A stretch of 64,000 nucleotides of DNA, from sequence record NZ_CP072215.1; one strand, written 5' to 3'. This DNA comes from a plasmid. The notes beneath the pieces were generated by a model. That model saw only the letters and a list, made by a program, of their open reading frames with translations. It was not told where the DNA came from and did not search any database. This document shows, piece after piece, positions 47,769 through 57,824 of the stretch. The position numbers and the translations under genes are program-made. Position 1 is the stretch's first letter. Each line of letters begins with the position of its first letter.

Positions 47769-48668
47769 ATGGACGAGATAATCAACCCTGATCGACTGGT
47801 CAGCGTACCGTTCAACAAGACACGCTGCGGCGTGGATTTTTACATCAATACTGCCATAAACAAGGACATCGGACTTGTGCTGACAGAAAACAAGCGGTTT
47901 AAGACAGACTTCTTCAGCTTCTACTTTTTCCGTAAGGCAAACGGATATTTGCTACTGAACTTCCGCAAGATTGAACTGCGCGACGGCATGGTTCTCCTGC
48001 TTTCACCCCATCAGCAACAAGAGTGGCATGTAGATGAGACGGCGTTGGATTACACGTTCCTTATATTCCGCGAAGATTTCATGCGTACTTTTATCGCCGA
48101 CAAGTTCTTCGTTTTTCGCCTTTTGTATTGTTACCAGACAGATACGCCGCCTTACATCAATGCCACACATGACGAAATGAAGGAATATATGCGGCTGCTC
48201 GGAAAGATTAAGTATGAGCTGATGAATCCAGTGTCCGATACGTACAATATCATTGTTTCCTTACTATATTATCTTTTGCTGATTATCAATCGTACATACG
48301 CTGCCGCCTATTGCTTGCCCGCTGAAATTGCTAAAAACAATTTCGCTTTTCGGTTCAAGGACTTGTTGGAACAGAATATCCGCACCCACCAGCGGGTGCA
48401 GGAATATGCAGACATGCTTCATGTCAGTCGCATCACACTCAATAACTCAGTAAAAGCCCAATTCGGAGTATCAGCTACCCATTTGATAAAACAACGTCTG
48501 CTTGAGGAACTGAAGAACGAATTGCTATTCTCCAACCGCACTGTCAGTGAAATGGCGGATGATTTCAATTTCTCTGATCCGAGCCATCTCATGCGCTTCT
48601 TCAAACAGCAAACAGGCAAAACATTTACTCAGTACATGACGGATTACAATAAAGGCATATACGAATAA
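47769..48668 (+). CDS. AraC-family transcriptional regulator
   Basis: C-terminal AraC HTH pair (ITLNNSVKAQFGVSATHLIKQRL, HLMRFFKQQTGKTFTQY). 299 aa. Confidence 0.8.
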   Translation: MDEIINPDRLVSVPFNKTRCGVDFYINTAINKDIGLVLTENKRFKTDFFSFYFFRKANGYLLLNFRKIELRDGMVLLLSPHQQQEWHVDETALDYTFLIFREDFMRTFIADKFFVFRLLYCYQTDTPPYINATHDEMKEYMRLLGKIKYELMNPVSDTYNIIVSLLYYLLLIINRTYAAAYCLPAEIAKNNFAFRFKDLLEQNIRTHQRVQEYADMLHVSRITLNNSVKAQFGVSATHLIKQRLLEELKNELLFSNRTVSEMADDFNFSDPSHLMRFFKQQTGKTFTQYMTDYNKGIYE

Positions 48669-48715
48669 CTTCTTAATATAGTCGATAGCGGCTATCGAAA
48701 TATGGTTGTTGATGT

Positions 48716-48904
48716 TCAGGCGTTTTTGTACTGCATGAACCATTTTACGATTTCTGGATCTTCGTGCGAGCCGAGTAAGAAAGGCTTGTCGGTATCCAGC
48801 GTCTTTATCCGTGCCATGTCGTCGGCCGACAGGGTGAAGTCTAATATGTCGAGATTCTGCTTCATGCGTTCCGGTTTCACAGACTTAGGAATAATTATGC
48901 ACAC
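48716..48904 (-). pseudogene. C-terminal fragment of an aldo/keto reductase
   Basis: The 62 aa end in LGSHEDPEIVKWFMQYKNA, typical of AKR C-termini. No upstream body. Confidence 0.5.
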
Positions 48905-48927
48905 TGATATTTATCGCGCCCGGACAG

Positions 48928-49587
48928 GTGTTCGGTGCGGAAGATGACGGCATGCAGTTCCAACCAGATGGCTACCTGCTTATGTTCCATCCCGACCTGC
49001 TGCGGAATACACCTCTCGGGCGGATAATGCGTGAATATTCGTTCTTTTCCTACGAGACAAACGAGGCATTGCACCTTAGTGTGGAAGAACGGCAAATCAT
49101 CATGGATTGCTTCCACAAGATTCAATATGAATTGAACCATCCGATACACCGTCACAGCAAGAACCTCATCACAGACAGCATCAAGACGTTCCTTGATTAC
49201 TGCACACGTTTCTATGACCGTCAGTTCATCACACGCGACAACCAAAACCGAGACATCCTCGCAAGATTTGAGCGGTTGCTTGACGAATACTTCCATGATG
49301 GGGCTGCTAAACGGATAGGCTTGCCCACTGTACAGTATTGTGCAGACAAGCTCTGCCTCTCGCCCAACTATTTCAGTGATTTATTGAAAAAAGAAACAGG
49401 TTCAACCGCCCTGCATTTCATTCATGACAAGTCTATTGAAATAGCCAAGACGGAACTTGCATCTACAGACGACACCGTTAATGAAATCGCCTATAATCTC
49501 GGTTTTCAGTACCCGCAACATTTTACCCGACTGTTCAAGAAAGAGGTAGGTTACACTCCGAATGAATATAGAGCGCAAGTGTCGTGA
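48928..49587 (+). pseudogene. N-terminally truncated AraC-family regulator
   Basis: Has the AraC HTH region (CADKLCLSPNYFSDLLKKETGSTALHFI) but lacks the usual ~80-100-aa N-terminal domain. Confidence 0.5.
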
Positions 49588-49608
49588 GAATTGGATTAGT
49601 ACAGAATA

Positions 49609-50556
49609 TTAGAACCCAACACCTCTCTTGCGCTTAACTTTCTTCCTTCTGCGAAGTATATCCACCATTTCCTGATTGGCTTCCGCATCAGCAGTGTTAT
49701 AAGATGAGCCACTGCTTTTTAGCAATCCCCAAGAGCCGTTGAACAACTCGCTTTGTGCCGTGCCGGACGGTGCGCTTGGTGTAGCCGTTTCATATATTCC
49801 GGCTGTTATTCCCATACGTTCCCTGCATCTGTTGTGCTGCAAAGCCGCGTCAATCTTGGAATAACTGAAACGCCTGTCCACTTTGGAGCCGTTGAAATGG
49901 TAGCCATTCATGGAGAATACAACACCCTGCACCTCGCTGGTCTGCCCCTTATGCTTGAAATGTACTTCCACTCCCTGCCGTTTCAGGTTGGCGATAAGCA
50001 CGTTCCAGTTGCCGCATCTGCCGACTTCCATTTTGATGATGTCGTAAAGCGCATATTTCGTCCTGTCTGGCTCTTTCAGGCGGTTGCGTTTGACATTGTC
50101 CTTTCCGCCAGCCATATGCAAGCCGTATTTCAAGGTCAATTCCTTGCAGATGCGGGTACTGCGCAGACGCTCGTGCCTGTCCGATATGGTATTGCCGTTG
50201 TTGTCTATGCGGTTGAAAGCAATATGCACGTGCGGATGCTCCTTGTCGAAATGCTGGGCGATGAAGAACTGCGTATTCTTGATTCCCATCCGTTCCATAT
50301 ATTCAAGCGCGATGCCTGCCATGATACGGTTCGTCAGCCGTAACTCATCCTCTTTGGAAAAACTCAACGCGATATGTCCGACAGGTTTTGTCACCTTATC
50401 GTTCATCCGTGACTGGGCATTGAAACTCATGGCGATAGTTTCCAGATTTTCCATAAACAAGCCTTCGCTTGCTACTATCTGCGTATCCTTCTTCTTGTCG
50501 ATGATGTAATCCACCGCACCCTTGAAGTCGCTTCCTTTTACGATTTTCGCCATCAT
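49609..50556 (-). CDS. Relaxase/mobilization nuclease (second mobilization module)
   Basis: Catalytic His motif HPHVHIAFNRID and an N-terminal relaxase fold. 315 aa. 4-bp overlap with the upstream accessory gene. Confidence 0.8.
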   Translation of the reverse strand: MMAKIVKGSDFKGAVDYIIDKKKDTQIVASEGLFMENLETIAMSFNAQSRMNDKVTKPVGHIALSFSKEDELRLTNRIMAGIALEYMERMGIKNTQFFIAQHFDKEHPHVHIAFNRIDNNGNTISDRHERLRSTRICKELTLKYGLHMAGGKDNVKRNRLKEPDRTKYALYDIIKMEVGRCGNWNVLIANLKRQGVEVHFKHKGQTSEVQGVVFSMNGYHFNGSKVDRRFSYSKIDAALQHNRCRERMGITAGIYETATPSAPSGTAQSELFNGSWGLLKSSGSSYNTADAEANQEMVDILRRRKKVKRKRGVGF

Positions 50557-50945
50557 ATCCCTATCTTGGTTATAAGTTCATGAATCCTTGCCACTGCCAC
50601 CTTGCAGTCCCACCGTTCATCGTGGAAGCCTCCGGCGTTTGCCTTACGCGCAAGCTGGTTGAGATTGTTAGCCATGCCGCAGAGTTGGCGGATGTATCCG
50701 GCATGTTCCTCCGACAGCCGTTCTTTCACATGACCGTTACGGAAACATTCCCTCATGTACTCGCTTGGTGATACGCCCGCCTCATGCGATCGTGTCAGCA
50801 GGCGGAAGTAGTCGGCTGCCGTCATTTTCACTGCGATACGGTATTTCAGTTTCTCGGTTGCTGTTAATTCTTTGTATTTTCTTACCTGCCTCAAATCCGC
50901 AACTAAGCCCTTCAACGTCCTTCTTGCGTGTACACGTCCTCTCAT
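50553..50945 (-). CDS. MobC/MobA-like relaxosome accessory protein (RHH)
   Basis: 130-aa basic protein directly upstream of, and overlapping, the relaxase, matching the layout at 1-1784. Confidence 0.6.
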   Translation of the reverse strand: MRGRVHARRTLKGLVADLRQVRKYKELTATEKLKYRIAVKMTAADYFRLLTRSHEAGVSPSEYMRECFRNGHVKERLSEEHAGYIRQLCGMANNLNQLARKANAGGFHDERWDCKVAVARIHELITKIGI

Positions 50946-50973
50946 TACTGAATTATCAGATAAATTGAGGCAG

Positions 50974-51000
50974 AAACACCCACTTCTGCCTACAACATCC
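50974..51000. promoter_or_regulatory. Candidate oriT hairpin: 8-bp inverted repeat aggcagaa / ttctgcct with a 9-nt loop, upstream of the second mob operon
   Basis: Inverted repeat seen directly. Its position upstream of the accessory gene and relaxase is where an oriT would lie. Confidence 0.35.
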
Positions 51001-51059
51001 CCTTACCCCACAATGCGACTTGAGACAATACGCAGTATCATACCCATAAGTTGTAGGCG

Positions 51060-52301
51060 TTATCCAAAATCAGTCTGAAAAATATCTGCGTAAGCATTGT
51101 TACAGGTATAGATATTCAGCACATACCGCCTTGATGTCCTGATCCACTTGGCTGGTACAGAGATAAACCTGAAGACAAACGCTTTTATGCGACTTGTTGC
51201 ATTGAGTCCGAACCTCTTTACGTCAAGTCTTTGGATAATGGCCTTGTAGAAGTTACGGATAAGTGCTGTAAGAAGAAGGAACACAGTGTTCTCGGCCATG
51301 AAGGATTTGGGCAATCTGTCCCACCCGAAACCATTGTTCATATCATCAAAGATACGTTCCTTTCCTCCACGAAGGTTATAGAACTCGACAATTTCTCTTA
51401 CGGAAGATTCATAGTCGTTAGTCAGGATACAACGGTATGTGTATTCTCCTTCCCAAAGATCCTGCACACCATCCATCCGTTTCTGTCTTTGAATCACAAG
51501 TCGGTATGCTTTACCCTTCCACTTCTCAACAAGGATAGAGTTCAATTCAAACTCAATGCCATTGATTTCCTCAGTCTTCCAGCCTCTGAGAGCAAATATG
51601 TCATTGTAGAGCGAACTGCAGCGGTTAGTGCGGATATAGAAGGACTTGCAGTGTTTCTCTATTTCCTCCACGATTTCCTCGGAACATGATCCGCAATCAG
51701 CTCTGAAACGATTGATAGTGAGCCTGTTCTGTTCAAATCTCTCAAAGAACCTCTTCAGCGTGTCCTTCTGATGAAAACGAAGGTTTTCGTTAAGCCAGAT
51801 GAGCAGAGCTAAGTTTACTTAAGCTCTGCCATGGCGAGAAAACGTGCCATGAAATGGAACTTTTGTGTTACCATCGCTATTCTCAATGCCAACAATCAAG
51901 TCACCAATAACCGCCACGCCAGGGCGATAACCAGAGAACTTCTTGTATGTAGGCTTTGCATCATACTTCTCACCCTCTTTCAGTTGGTCAGATGCAAACA
52001 TACAATTGAGCAGTAAAGTATTGAGAGTGTCAGCCGTGTTGAAATCGTAGTTCTTACCCGTATCTGATGTGTATGAGATGTTTTCTTGCGTCAGTTCCTT
52101 TATCGCTCTGAGGATAGTATCAGAACTACAAGTATGAAGTGTCGGATGAAGCGAGAGATGGTTCATCAAATGAGTAGTGACATCCTCAATACATGAGCCA
52201 CCACAGAAGTAGATACTCATGAGAGAACGGATGATTTCGCTGTACTGATAACCTAACGATCTACACCTTAGACCGAGGGTTGAGTCGATTACAGATGACA
52301 A
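51060..52301 (-). pseudogene. IS1380-family (IS4/IS1380 superfamily) DDE transposase split into two ORFs (51819-52301 N-terminal, 51060-51671 C-terminal)
   Basis: C-terminal signature ...EIVEFYNLRGGKERIFDDMNNGFGWDRLP...AENTVFLLLTALIRNFY. A stop/frameshift between the ORFs. Combined length about 413 aa. Confidence 0.6.
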
Positions 52302-52561
52302 TGTGGAGTCAAATTGCTCATCAGGTAGGGCGGAAGGATTTCGAGGAATTTGGACGACGCATAGGGTTGGGCAATAAATTGATAAAGCGTGAGCTTGATG
52401 AGTTTGTCAAAGAGAAACCATTGGTGCAAGTATTGATAGACCGTTCCTTTTTATCGGAAGAACTGAAAAAGTAATATAGGATGTCTATGGGGTACAGGTG
52501 TAAGATGCTTTCTTTCTGATGAAGGGCGGATAAAGCATTCTTCAGGAAAGTACTTCTCCTT

Positions 52562-52672
52562 TTCCCATACCGGTCATACCGTTAAAACTGATTGATAATT
52601 ATGACGCGTATGTTGGCCGGTATGCCTATCTTTGTGGCAATGAAAACAGAGAAAGGATTGATTTTGTAAGTA
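52562..52672. repeat. ~110-bp direct repeat R1b, matching R1a at 36022-36135. In-frame 5-prime extension of the Rep-like ORF.
   Basis: ccataccggtcataccgttaaaactgattgataattatgacgcgtatgttggccggtatg... matches ccatgccggtcataccgttagaactgattgataagtatgatgcgtatgttggccggtatg... Confidence 0.85.
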
Positions 52673-52677
52673 TTATC

Positions 52678-53886
52678 ATGGCAAAAGAACTGATTCGTGT
52701 CCCTAGGGTGCTTGGGGAAAGCTATAATTCCGTGCTGATTGAACGGTTGTATGAGGCAGGTGGAAATGTCATGCTCGATCTGATCATATACCTGGGCAGC
52801 TATCACCTCAAAGACTTGTTCGGGACTTCCTGGTTCTCCGTAGAAGACTTCTGCCGTAAGATGGGGTATGACCGTACCAACTTGCAGCGCAAGCTGGATA
52901 GCCGGCAGCTCGCGGCCATGTTCGGAAAGAATATGCAGCCGGAATATGTATGTACCGACACGGCAGGACAGAGAATCAGCCATCCTATCGAGACGGTTTT
53001 TGAGGCGGCTCTCTATAAACTGGGATTGGAGAACCTCTGCTATCCGACCATTGGCGAGGATGGCCGTACATCCTATAATTTCGTGCAGATCTTGAAACGT
53101 TTCGACATAATGACCGATTTCAAGACGAAGAAGTCAACGAAAAGGCTGTACTCGGCAGTGGTAAGCCCGGAGATAAAGAATTTCATGTTCTCGCTCTATA
53201 ACCTCTTGGAACTTCAGGATTACCGTAGCCTGCCCAGCCGTTACCGCTATTTCTATCTGGAACTTTCCAAGATGGTTTACCTGATCAAGTATAAGACCAC
53301 CAAGAATGAGGCTCCTTTTTATGTGCTGACAGTCGATCAGCTGGCTAAAAAGCTCGGCATAGAGATTGCCGAACCCAAAGACCGGAAAAAGAAGGTCGCC
53401 TCGATACTGAAAAAGATGAATACTTACCTGAAATATACCAATTTCAATTTCTCTTTTGTGAAAGGCGATCATGAGAGATGGGCATATACCGTGTTGTTCT
53501 CGTTTCCTAGGCATACGCTGCACTATTTTGATGAAGGACAATATGCTGTCGTGGTGAAGAAATTCTATAAGAACCTGCTTGGGCTGTATGTCGAGATTGC
53601 CTACCCGGACACGGATATGGCTGTCAGGAGGAAGAAGATCAAAGAGGTGGAGGAAGATGCCGGACTGTATAAAGAGTTCCTTTTATGGGCAAACTCCCCG
53701 GAAAGCGTAGAAAAGAAGAAACAGATATATATCAGTGATTTCGTGGCTGTATTCGGCAGGTTTCCGGAAGGATGGGCACAGGAAGAGTTGGAGAGTGCCA
53801 ATGGAACGGAAGTTGCTCCTGCTCCTGAAGAGTTCATATCTCCGGAGACGGACGGGGCGGTGAACATGGACGATCCAGCTGTGTAG
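52678..53886 (+). CDS. Putative plasmid-type replication initiator (Rep). The assignment is by context only: the iteron array begins at its stop codon.
   Basis: 402-aa ORF with no recognised motif. The stop codon TAG lies inside the first iteron. Confidence 0.45.
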   Translation: MAKELIRVPRVLGESYNSVLIERLYEAGGNVMLDLIIYLGSYHLKDLFGTSWFSVEDFCRKMGYDRTNLQRKLDSRQLAAMFGKNMQPEYVCTDTAGQRISHPIETVFEAALYKLGLENLCYPTIGEDGRTSYNFVQILKRFDIMTDFKTKKSTKRLYSAVVSPEIKNFMFSLYNLLELQDYRSLPSRYRYFYLELSKMVYLIKYKTTKNEAPFYVLTVDQLAKKLGIEIAEPKDRKKKVASILKKMNTYLKYTNFNFSFVKGDHERWAYTVLFSFPRHTLHYFDEGQYAVVVKKFYKNLLGLYVEIAYPDTDMAVRRKKIKEVEEDAGLYKEFLLWANSPESVEKKKQIYISDFVAVFGRFPEGWAQEELESANGTEVAPAPEEFISPETDGAVNMDDPAV

Positions 53887-54209
53887 AACCGTCCACGTTT
53901 CACGGTTTTTTATAGAATTAGTTGTGTAGAAGTGTCCCTATTGGGGTGATTAGATGTGTGGAGTCATCCGCTTTGCCTGTTTTAGTTGTGTAGAAGTGTC
54001 CCGTTTGTTGCTTCTAGTTGTGTAGAACCGTCCACTCCTTTTGCTTTAGTTGTGTAAAAGCGTCCGGTTTCACTTGTCAGCTGTGTAAAACCGTCCACCC
54101 GTTAATGAAGGGAATAGGTAATCCCTGTTTTTTTTATATGTCGGTATATCAGTGAAATAAAAGAGAGAAATTTTTAAATAAAAGGTATCGGCTGTGTAAA
54201 ACCATCCAC
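53876..54209. repeat. Iteron array: 7 copies of a ~20-bp repeat ([tc]ag[tc]tgtgta[ga]aa[cg][ct][ga]tcc), with an AT-rich segment between iterons 6 and 7. Candidate oriV.
   Basis: Copies begin at about 53876, 53920, 53983, 54015, 54048, 54078 and 54190. Spacing from copy 3 onward is about 30-33 bp (three helical turns). AT-rich stretch at 54100-54185. Confidence 0.8.
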
Positions 54210-54698
54210 CAAAATACATAATAAAGACCTAAACTCCTAACCCCTTTAAATATCCCCAAAGCGATAACATAGAAATGACTGGGAAAATAAATTTTCCCTT
54301 CACATGCCCTATACGTACTTTCGGAAAAAGATTTTTCGGAAGTATGTGTTGATTTTCACGCTTTTTTATATGATTGGAAGGCGGTTCTGTTCATCTTCTG
54401 TATCCGAATTAGTTTTTCAGGGCGTTCCCTTCTGACCGGGCTATTCGTTGCAAGTCCTCGTTACCCTCCAGGCTTTTCCCTGCTATCCCTAACGCTCTAC
54501 GCTCCGGCTATGCCGGAAGAGAGGTATGATGATTTTTTCCTGAACTGATAGGAACATTGCGAAGGTAGGCGTGGCCGGAACGCCCGATATTGAAAAGCCA
54601 AATCTCCATCCTCCCATTCCGGGAGGTAGTATTTACCAGTTCAATCCCGTTCTGATCCGTCTTTCCCGCTTTCTCTTCAATGCACTGTTCCCAATCAG

Positions 54699-55394
54699 TT
54701 GAGGAAAAATTTATGGTTGGGGCGACAAGCGATGTTTGCGAGTATTAATCTTTTAATTTTTGGCAGTATGAAAACGAAGAGAACCGTATTTGAAGTGAAT
54801 GACGTTTATCGGGTGATGGAAAACAGCGAGTTGATTTATACCTTGACGAACAGTGAGAAACTGAAACGTGAAGAATATAAGTATGAACAGATGGAAATAG
54901 AAGGATTGTGCTTGTCTGATGTACTGGAAACACTAACACCCAGCCGTAAAAAAGTCGCTTATGCGGCGATTGAGCTATATAAACGGCTGAAAGAAGGGCA
55001 AGTTGAAAGTCCTGCGCTTTTATCCAGCAATAATGTTTATAAAATGATGCATCCTGTTTTGTGCGATATAGCTACTGAAGAGATGTGGGTGCTGTTGCTG
55101 AACAGTTCGTCCAAACTCATCCGTAAAGTCCGTATCTCATGCGGCGGGATAAATACCGCCCCTGTGGATATACGGGTTATCATGAAGCAGGCATTGTATT
55201 ATAACGCCGTATCTTTTATCATGGTACATAACCACCCATCAGGAGCACGCAAGCCCAGCAGTGCGGATGACCGCTTGACGGAAGCAGTTAAAAAAGCCGC
55301 TGAAACATTAGACATCCGTTTGGTTGACCATGTGATTGTGGCAGGCAATAACTATTATAGCTATGCGGACGAGGGAAGATTGCAAAATAGGTAA
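54699..55394 (+). CDS. radC: RadC-like JAB-domain protein
   Basis: JAMM motif MVHNHPSG and a conserved C-terminal domain. 231 aa. Confidence 0.85.
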   Translation: MRKNLWLGRQAMFASINLLIFGSMKTKRTVFEVNDVYRVMENSELIYTLTNSEKLKREEYKYEQMEIEGLCLSDVLETLTPSRKKVAYAAIELYKRLKEGQVESPALLSSNNVYKMMHPVLCDIATEEMWVLLLNSSSKLIRKVRISCGGINTAPVDIRVIMKQALYYNAVSFIMVHNHPSGARKPSSADDRLTEAVKKAAETLDIRLVDHVIVAGNNYYSYADEGRLQNR

Positions 55395-55561
55395 GGTGGA
55401 CGGGAGAAATCCCGTCTGCCCGGGATTTCGGCTTCGGGGTTCTTTTTTGGCAGTCACCCCAAAAAAGAACCAAAAAAATGCTTCCCGGACTATCGGATGC
55501 GACATCGTAAAATACGCAAAGACGTGGCTTTTCAGAATAAATACATATCTTCGCGCCAAAG

Positions 55562-55981
55562 GTGATCGGAATGAATGTATTTTCTACTTTTGATACAGGC
55601 GTTATGGTGGCTCTCTTACTGGGCATTGAGTTTCTTAGAAGTGATATCCGAACGATTCTCTATTGTAAAAGGAATGATCCCAGGATTCTTAAGAGTTGCT
55701 TATATACGCTGCTTATATTATTGACCAGCCTTTATTCTATTGTGGCCGGAGCCATGCTTCATCCGGAACCCGTACCTGTTTATGAGTTGATACCCGGTTT
55801 TCAATATGGGGTTTATGGCTTTTCTTTTTCGTTTATATTGCTCGCTGTTGCATGTCTTTATCGTAAAACATTACCTTTTGTCCTTTTGGGCTACGCTATG
55901 ATATATGTGATCGGTGTATTGATACCACTACTTAGGTATGTAGTGTCTATGATGGATTATTTCACTCGCACAAGGGTATAG
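55562..55981 (+). CDS. Hypothetical membrane protein (139 aa, ~4 TM)
   Basis: Hydrophobic ORF. Confidence 0.4.
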   Translation: MIGMNVFSTFDTGVMVALLLGIEFLRSDIRTILYCKRNDPRILKSCLYTLLILLTSLYSIVAGAMLHPEPVPVYELIPGFQYGVYGFSFSFILLAVACLYRKTLPFVLLGYAMIYVIGVLIPLLRYVVSMMDYFTRTRV

Positions 55982-56329
55982 CAGGTTAATTTCTTGATTG
56001 TATCGGATTGCCCTTTCTGTGGGCTGCCTCCCCCGGCTTCTTTCCTCCGATCCGAGTCCGGCTTTTTGCTCGGCAAAGGTTTCGGGATTCCGCAAATGGC
56101 AAGTTACGGCCATGCGCCTTTACTGTATGGAAAATAACGATGAAGAAGTGTCTTCCCGACATTTTCCATAAGTGAAACTTGGCTTATTGCTTGCAATCCA
56201 GACCTTGATATGCCGAAAAAAGGCTCAGAACTCAGATGGGGAATGACATCAAAAAAAAGGTCGGCTGACCAAAGACCTTCCCGATACAAAAAATGAAAAG
56301 GTCTTGAATCTAGCTGAAGAATAAATCAG

Positions 56330-56728
56330 ATGTTCAACTTAAATAATGCTAATATGGAAAATTTGATTACACAAATCAACAAAGAGAGATTGGTTAATAG
56401 CGACACAGCTCTTATGATGAAGGAATTATACTATTACGTGCCTTGTGAGTATTGGTATGACAAACAGGATAGGCTACGCACCGATATTGAGGGAAGGAAT
56501 ACCCCGATGTATATGTGCGAGTGCCCGACACTGGCAGCATGTATCCAATGGATGATACAGACTCGTGAATATACGTTTCAAACAGAACAAAACGTGGCGG
56601 TCTGGCATGTGGTTGTGAGGGCTGGAGATTATGTGTTGTATGACTCCGAAAGTAATGCGGACGCTTTTTGTTGTTTGGAAGAAGCATTGGAAAAAGCGGT
56701 ACAGGAGTGCATGGAGTTATTGTATTAA
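56330..56728 (+). CDS. Hypothetical protein (132 aa) preceded by the partial copy of the conserved leader element
   Basis: ORF. The leader homology ends about 20 bp upstream of it. Followed by a stem-loop terminator. Confidence 0.5.
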   Translation: MFNLNNANMENLITQINKERLVNSDTALMMKELYYYVPCEYWYDKQDRLRTDIEGRNTPMYMCECPTLAACIQWMIQTREYTFQTEQNVAVWHVVVRAGDYVLYDSESNADAFCCLEEALEKAVQECMELLY

Positions 56729-56742
56729 AATTAAAAAAAATC

Positions 56743-56765
56743 AGTCCCCGTGAAGGGGACTTTCC
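56743..56765. terminator. Stem-loop (gtcccc-gtgaa-ggggac) followed by a T-rich run. Likely a bidirectional terminator between the 56330 gene and the invertase gene.
   Basis: Perfect 6-bp GC-rich stem seen directly. Confidence 0.5.
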
Positions 56766-56840
56766 TATAATCTTGCTGAGAGGTGGAATTGCAGACGATC
56801 TTTGAGAATCATCTTTGAAGGATGGGCAGAGGTTTATTCG

Positions 56841-57437
56841 TTATTTGTTATTTTTGTTCTCGGATTTCAGCGCAATTCCATTCCTTCTTAATAGGCGATA
56901 TACTGTTCCGCTACTGCCTATGTTTAATATTTTCTGTATCTCCCTTACCGGCGTTCCGGATTCATAGAGTTGGATGCAGCTTTTCTGCTTGGCGATGTTG
57001 TTTTTGTTGATAAGTGTCTTTCTGCCGAATTTGACACCTTTTTCCTTGGCGATTCTTCTGCCTTCTTGGGTTCTCTCATAGATAAGGTCTCTTTCAAACT
57101 GAGCGAAAGCACCGAGAATGTTGTTCATCAGTTGGCCGATTGCGCCTTCCGTACTGATGTTGTCTTGCAGTGAGGTGAATTGGATGCCCCTATTCTTGAA
57201 ATCTTCCAATAGCGTAAGGATATTCTTCAGCGAACGGCCAAGCCGGTCCAGCTTATATACGACAAGTGTGTCGCCTTCCCGGAGAAAGCTCAGGCAGGCA
57301 TCCAGTTCCGGGCGGTTTTGTTGACGTCCGGTCATTTTCTCAGAGAAGATTTTCTCGCATCCGGCAGCCTTCAACGCTTCCAGTTGCATATCCAGATGTT
57401 GTTCCTTGGTGGAAACACGGGCATATCCTATTTTCAT
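56841..57437 (-). CDS. Small serine recombinase of the Hin/Gin DNA-invertase type (198 aa)
   Basis: N-terminal MKIGYARVSTKEQHLDMQ (catalytic Ser), LDRLGRS, and a C-terminal HTH. Size and architecture match DNA invertases, including Bacteroides Mpi-like enzymes. Confidence 0.85.
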   Translation of the reverse strand: MKIGYARVSTKEQHLDMQLEALKAAGCEKIFSEKMTGRQQNRPELDACLSFLREGDTLVVYKLDRLGRSLKNILTLLEDFKNRGIQFTSLQDNISTEGAIGQLMNNILGAFAQFERDLIYERTQEGRRIAKEKGVKFGRKTLINKNNIAKQKSCIQLYESGTPVREIQKILNIGSSGTVYRLLRRNGIALKSENKNNK

Positions 57438-57478
57438 CCTGTTTTCGTATTTAAATGTGTAATGAAGGTTTTAATTCT

Positions 57479-57808
57479 TCACTTTTTCAAATATGAAGAC
57501 ATTAATTCTTCATATTCCTCACGGCTGTATTGGTTGAACCCCTTTTGCTTCATTGCCAAAAGAAGCCTTTCCAGTTCTCCGATAGTCACTACCTGTTTGC
57601 CGATAACGGTAAATTGTTCCCATTCTCCCTTTTCGTTGAGCAGGTATTCCCGGTGTGCAAAACAGTAAAGAGAACCATCGATGTCATTCCGTTTCTGCCA
57701 TTGACGCAGGTGCTTCAAACTGGTGAAATCACGGGTGACAGTACGTGGAATGGGAACCAATACGTCAATTTCCATCTTGAATTTTATATTCTCTTCCGCT
57801 TCTCGCAT
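57479..57808 (-). CDS. Hypothetical protein (109 aa) between the RhuM copy and the invertase
   Basis: ORF co-directional with its neighbours, spaced for an operon. Confidence 0.4.
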   Translation of the reverse strand: MREAEENIKFKMEIDVLVPIPRTVTRDFTSLKHLRQWQKRNDIDGSLYCFAHREYLLNEKGEWEQFTVIGKQVVTIGELERLLLAMKQKGFNQYSREEYEELMSSYLKK

Positions 57809-57824
57809 GGGTGATTAGCTTATT

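Noticed and set aside
53876-54209. Repeat array considered as a possible CRISPR array
   Set aside because: Repeats are about 20 bp and imperfect, spacers are unequal (30-112 bp) with one AT-rich block, there are no cas genes, and the array directly abuts a Rep-like gene. It is an iteron origin, not CRISPR.
56770-56845. Possible hix-like crossover site (atctttgag / atctttgaag) downstream of the Hin-type invertase
   Set aside because: The two half-sites are in direct rather than inverted orientation, and no partner site was found. Not enough to call an invertible segment.
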